Positions 17,130 to 20,000 of a stretch of 20,000 nt of DNA are shown here, piece by piece. The position numbers and the translations under genes were made by a program. This stretch comes from an uncultured virus (IMG/VR IMGVR_UViG_3300048028_000412) (taxonomy: Duplodnaviria; Heunggongvirae; Uroviricota; Caudoviricetes). Under the pieces are notes generated by a model, which saw nothing but the letters and a program-made list of their open reading frames with translations, ran no database searches and was not told where the DNA came from. The stretch lies in the IMG/VR virus record IMGVR_UViG_3300048028_000412. One strand, written 5' to 3'. The number at the start of each line of letters is the position of its first letter. The first letter of the stretch is position 1.

Positions 17130-17390
17130 CTATGTGAAAGAGATGACATTTGCAACGCGAAAAGAACGAAAACCGCCCTTTAATGTATCAAATGCTACGA
17201 TTGTTTCTTCATTAATATCACGAACCTTTTTTTGCGTAATAGGTTCATTCTTCTTAGCGTCAGGCAGAACATCTTCAATTAGCGTGCACATCATATCACG
17301 CTCTTCACCATTTACTTTTTTAAAAATGACACGGCAGACACGTTTCTGCAATTCATTAATCATATATTCGCGAGAGCTTGAGTCAATCAT
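17130..17390 (-). CDS. SH3-like beta-barrel protein (WYL_2/DUF2693-like)
   Basis: V.FKKVNGEERDMMCTL...AFDTLKGGFRSFRVANV pattern. Confidence 0.7.
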   Translation of the reverse strand: MIDSSSREYMINELQKRVCRVIFKKVNGEERDMMCTLIEDVLPDAKKNEPITQKKVRDINEETIVAFDTLKGGFRSFRVANVISFT

Positions 17391-17581
17391 TTATAGGGAT
17401 CCTTTACTTTGTAAGTTAAATCGATATTCGGGTTCTGGTTCTTTTTTAATTCTTTTACGCCAAGTGTGTGCATAAAAGTAGGATCAGCCATTAGTATGTC
17501 AATGACCTTTTCCCAATCTTGAATTTTACCTTCTAGATATTGCACACGTCGATCGAGATGTGCAACCTGATAGTCTGACAT
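17387..17581 (-). CDS. Hypothetical protein (short coiled coil)
   Basis: GAGGAG SD upstream; tightly packed with its neighbours. Confidence 0.65.
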   Translation of the reverse strand: MSDYQVAHLDRRVQYLEGKIQDWEKVIDILMADPTFMHTLGVKELKKNQNPNIDLTYKVKDPYK

Positions 17582-17582
17582 A

Positions 17583-17924
17583 TTATCTCCTCATCGATGC
17601 AGCATCTATCGCTGCTTGTTTGTTATCTTTACGAACTGGCATTAGATTTGATTTATGTGTAACTACAATACCAGCGATTTCATCACCTGTATAGCGACTA
17701 CGTTCTTTTGCAAGACCATTGCCTGCTATACGATCACTCGTCATACGAGGACCACAATTATAGTCAGGTAAGTCAGGCCTATAACTTGACTTACCTGAAA
17801 CAAGTTTATCTAGAAACTTTTGATGTTCGGCTTCCGCCTTTAATAATTTATTCGATTTTCGTTTCGCCTTACGGCGTTTCCCTACACCATGGACTTGAAC
17901 TCCTCTAATCATATGCATAGACAT
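17583..17924 (-). CDS. Conserved-looking phage hypothetical protein
   Basis: GGAGG SD and TAATG coupling; YTG...GI..THKSNLMPV is a motif I recall from marine phage proteins. Confidence 0.75.
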   Translation of the reverse strand: MSMHMIRGVQVHGVGKRRKAKRKSNKLLKAEAEHQKFLDKLVSGKSSYRPDLPDYNCGPRMTSDRIAGNGLAKERSRYTGDEIAGIVVTHKSNLMPVRKDNKQAAIDAASMRR

Positions 17925-18130
17925 TAAGCTGCCTCCTTATAATGTTGATCGAATGTGCCATAGATACGTAACTTAACATTACGAATATGGTTACATGGTT
18001 TACGTGGCGCTTTTTTACAAGAACAACTGAAACCCTCAGGATGCATGGTGACAGTACCTTTGGCATAAATCCATTCAGTACCGACCATCCAATGGTCCTG
18101 AGTATCAATGAGACTAGTACTAAAAATCAA
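17924..18130 (-). CDS. Small SWIM-type zinc-finger protein
   Basis: CSC-x7-CNH motif; GGAGG SD upstream; TTG start overlapping the upstream stop. Confidence 0.65.
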   Translation of the reverse strand: MIFSTSLIDTQDHWMVGTEWIYAKGTVTMHPEGFSCSCKKAPRKPCNHIRNVKLRIYGTFDQHYKEAA

Positions 18131-18333
18131 TCTGTGTACCTCCTATCAACTGCAGATGCATCCCATACATACTTGTGCATTCTAGGATCACCTACTATAA
18201 CAACATCACTATCACCAACTTCGCTATAGACTCTAGCGTCCATATGTTTGTGATAGTAGGCAGGACCACCGAAGACCCTGCGGGCTGCCTCATAACGAGC
18301 CTCACTCATACCAACATAGTGTACAGTTCTCAT
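18127..18333 (-). CDS. Hypothetical protein
   Basis: Strong AAGGAG SD 6 nt before the ATG. Confidence 0.7.
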   Translation of the reverse strand: MRTVHYVGMSEARYEAARRVFGGPAYYHKHMDARVYSEVGDSDVVIVGDPRMHKYVWDASAVDRRYTD

Positions 18334-18338
18334 AATAA

Positions 18339-18527
18339 ACTCCTTTCCTCATACGCCCCTAGTATATCCAATCACTTCCGCACGGCCTTATTGACGTTGC
18401 CGCTCTAGTTTGATTGAAACTAATATCTCCACGTTTTCACGACACTGATATTTCACAGGCGAATTATTCTCGCGAGATTGTGTTTTCAGGTGGCCTGCCC
18501 TCTGCACGGACGTATGAGGAAAAGAGT
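18339..18527 (-). ncRNA. Putative structured non-coding or cis-regulatory RNA of unknown family
   Basis: Fills a 200-nt intergenic gap in an otherwise packed operon. It has a 20-bp closing stem (two G-U pairs only on the minus strand), several internal hairpins including a GAAA tetraloop, and raised GC content. Confidence 0.7.
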
Positions 18528-18534
18528 CTAAGAC

Positions 18535-18792
18535 TCAATCCCAATCGTTGTCGTAACGAGTTGTTTCAAACATTGTTTCGCCATAGTATTCTTTGGCGTA
18601 TTTAGATGCATCAGTCCAGTGATACATGTTAGACTCTTTAGGAATGTCAAGATCTTTTTTCTTACGAGAAACAGGCTTGGCGCGAGAGATAACTGATGCA
18701 GACTGTTTACGGATCTTAGACATTTTTTTCTTACGCTCAGCGATTTCTTTGATGAGAGCAAGACGATCAGATTGAGTAGTTGCAGTTTTCAT
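18535..18792 (-). CDS. Hypothetical protein (basic N-terminus, aromatic/acidic C-terminus)
   Basis: GGAG SD before the ATG at 18792 (MKTATT); directly downstream of promoter copy 2. Confidence 0.72.
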   Translation of the reverse strand: MKTATTQSDRLALIKEIAERKKKMSKIRKQSASVISRAKPVSRKKKDLDIPKESNMYHWTDASKYAKEYYGETMFETTRYDNDWD

Positions 18793-18817
18793 AGTATTCT
18801 CCATAATTAATAAAACC

Positions 18818-18877
18818 ATTCTACACTATTAAAAACGGTTTGTACACCTTTTTGTTTTGTTTAAAATCAATAACTTA
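18818..18877 (-). promoter_or_regulatory. Early/middle-type promoter, copy 2
   Basis: TAAGTTATTGATTT-17 nt-TGTACA-17 nt-TAGAAT on the minus strand. Confidence 0.75.
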
Positions 18878-19105
18878 TCATTTTTTTTCTAAAATAAATG
18901 CACCTTCCGGTGAAGTCCATGCTGACATTAATTTTAGATACATCATATCAGTCAAAGCTATAACTTGAAATCTGTCATCCTTTTCATTCCACTGGCGAAT
19001 ATAAACTACATCGTCATAAAGAAAAACCGAAACGTCATCGTATTTTCCTTTATCGTCTAAGATTGTAATGAGTGTTTCGTCCTCATCAAATTCAACTGTA
19101 TACAT
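18878..19105 (-). CDS. Hypothetical acidic protein
   Basis: 75-aa ORF in the co-directional cluster. Confidence 0.7.
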   Translation of the reverse strand: MYTVEFDEDETLITILDDKGKYDDVSVFLYDDVVYIRQWNEKDDRFQVIALTDMMYLKLMSAWTSPEGAFILEKK

Positions 19106-19199
19106 TCCACACCACTGCTATATAGTGAGCATCAAGGTGATCTCGATACTCAATTGCTTTGTAAAGACAATCAAAGATTTTATCGTTAACCTTTATCAT
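19092..19199 (-). CDS. Small hypothetical protein (35 aa, not in the ORF track)
   Basis: MIKVNDKIFDCLYKAIEYRDHLDAHYIAVVWNVYS*; ATGA overlap with the upstream stop; fills the gap between two ORFs. Confidence 0.55.
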   Translation of the reverse strand: MIKVNDKIFDCLYKAIEYRDHLDAHYIAVVWNVYS

Positions 19200-19426
19200 C
19201 CCCAATCTTTTCTATCTTCTTCGTTATCATAACCATACATGTAGGCTTCGATCTCACCGACAGTCATGTTATCTTTTCCAACACGTTCAGATTGATATGT
19301 AGAACCAACATAATAATGAGGATCTTCTGGCCGGCCGTAATAGGCATCTGCACTACCACGATCTTGAGGCGAACCGTGACGAGGAAGTTTATTCCAACCT
19401 TTTACAATTACATCTAGATCATACAT
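19196..19426 (-). CDS. Conserved-looking phage hypothetical protein
   Basis: HGSPQDRGSADAYYGRPEDPHYY...EIEAYMYGY motif; GAGG SD before the ATG at 19426. Confidence 0.72.
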   Translation of the reverse strand: MYDLDVIVKGWNKLPRHGSPQDRGSADAYYGRPEDPHYYVGSTYQSERVGKDNMTVGEIEAYMYGYDNEEDRKDWG

Positions 19427-19625
19427 TGTATTGCCTCGTATAAGTTTTACTGCCATCAAGACAAGTCATTTTAAGCATAGCATACTCATTAGTATCATGC
19501 AATCCCCAATAGTATTCACGAGCTTTTTTGTGAGTCATACCAGAAATAAAATGTTGCAATTGATATTCGCCATTCTTAAAAAAGAAGGCTTCGACTTTCC
19601 AATACAAACCTTTACGCATAATCAT
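19419..19625 (-). CDS. Hypothetical protein
   Basis: Co-directional ORF overlapping both neighbours by a few nt. Confidence 0.6.
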   Translation of the reverse strand: MIMRKGLYWKVEAFFFKNGEYQLQHFISGMTHKKAREYYWGLHDTNEYAMLKMTCLDGSKTYTRQYNV

Positions 19626-20000
19626 AATCCTTATAATTGCAAATCTTTGCTAGCTCATTGACTAGCAACTTACCATAGTTGGTAAACAAAATACCTTGTT
19701 CCCAGACAAAGTGTTCGACGTCTTGAATGTGATAAAAGGTTTCAGTACCAATCATCCACAAAAGAGCATTGGTACGATTACCAGCACCAAGCTCAATAAC
19801 GTCTTGGATACGAGCTTCGAACTTTTCGACAGCAGCTACTTCAGCCGATTGCTCGGCTTTAGTATTTTCTTCGAGTTGCTCACACAGAGCATCCCAAAGA
19901 TTTTGCTTTGTTTCATCATCAAACGCTAGAAGGTTTTTCATGAAAATTGCAGAAGGACGGAAGCCATGAACATCTTTATGAAGGTCTGACCAAAGATCAT
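19612..20000 (-). CDS. Hypothetical protein, 5' end outside the window
   Basis: The frame stays open upstream of the track's ATG: DLWSDLHKDVHGFRPSAIFMKNLL... The SDLHKD.GFRP motif is one I recall from phage early proteins. Confidence 0.7.
   Translation of the reverse strand, partial: DLWSDLHKDVHGFRPSAIFMKNLLAFDDETKQNLWDALCEQLEENTKAEQSAEVAAVEKFEARIQDVIELGAGNRTNALLWMIGTETFYHIQDVEHFVWEQGILFTNYGKLLVNELAKICNYKDYDYA

Noticed and set aside
18339..18527. Reading the structured region as a retron msr-msd, MITE, tRNA, 6S RNA or group I intron
   Set aside because: No reverse transcriptase or transposase in the window and no target-site duplication seen. No cloverleaf. The interior is multibranched rather than a 6S-like rod, and I found no convincing P7 pairing. 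Left unclassified.
15311..19969. Plus-strand and alternate-frame ORFs in the early region (e.g. 17098-17475, 18175-18408, 18414-18605, 18528-18761)
   Set aside because: They oppose or overlap a tightly coupled minus-strand gene run that has good SD sequences.
1..20000. CRISPR arrays, tRNA genes, integrase, alternative genetic code
   Set aside because: No regularly spaced repeats or tRNA-like sequences were seen. Genes read through in the standard code, with TAA, TAG and TGA all used as stops.

Overview
AT-rich segment of a T4-like (Tevenvirales-type, probably marine) myophage genome. 1-10352 (minus strand) is a baseplate operon: gp48, gp53, a hub-like gene, a gp5 module split into three ORFs that carry four cell-wall-enzyme-like domains, gp25 and a partial gp6. 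10393-15030 (plus strand) holds gp4, gp2, a gp54/tail-tube-like gene, gp26, a start-less gp51-like ORF and a tape-measure-like gene. 15057-20000 (minus strand) holds gp32, gp33 and a run of small early-type genes. Four observations stand out. (1) An apparent programmed -1 frameshift (T TTT TTA) fuses gp26 to gp51 directly upstream of the tape-measure gene, as in lambda G/GT/H. (2) A ~190-nt structured intergenic RNA (18339-18527) is closed by a 20-bp stem that sequesters the downstream Shine-Dalgarno sequence. (3) A tripartite promoter occurs twice with identical spacing. (4) The gp5 module pairs intact and catalytically degenerate peptidoglycan-enzyme domains. All family assignments come from motif recognition by eye; no searches were run.
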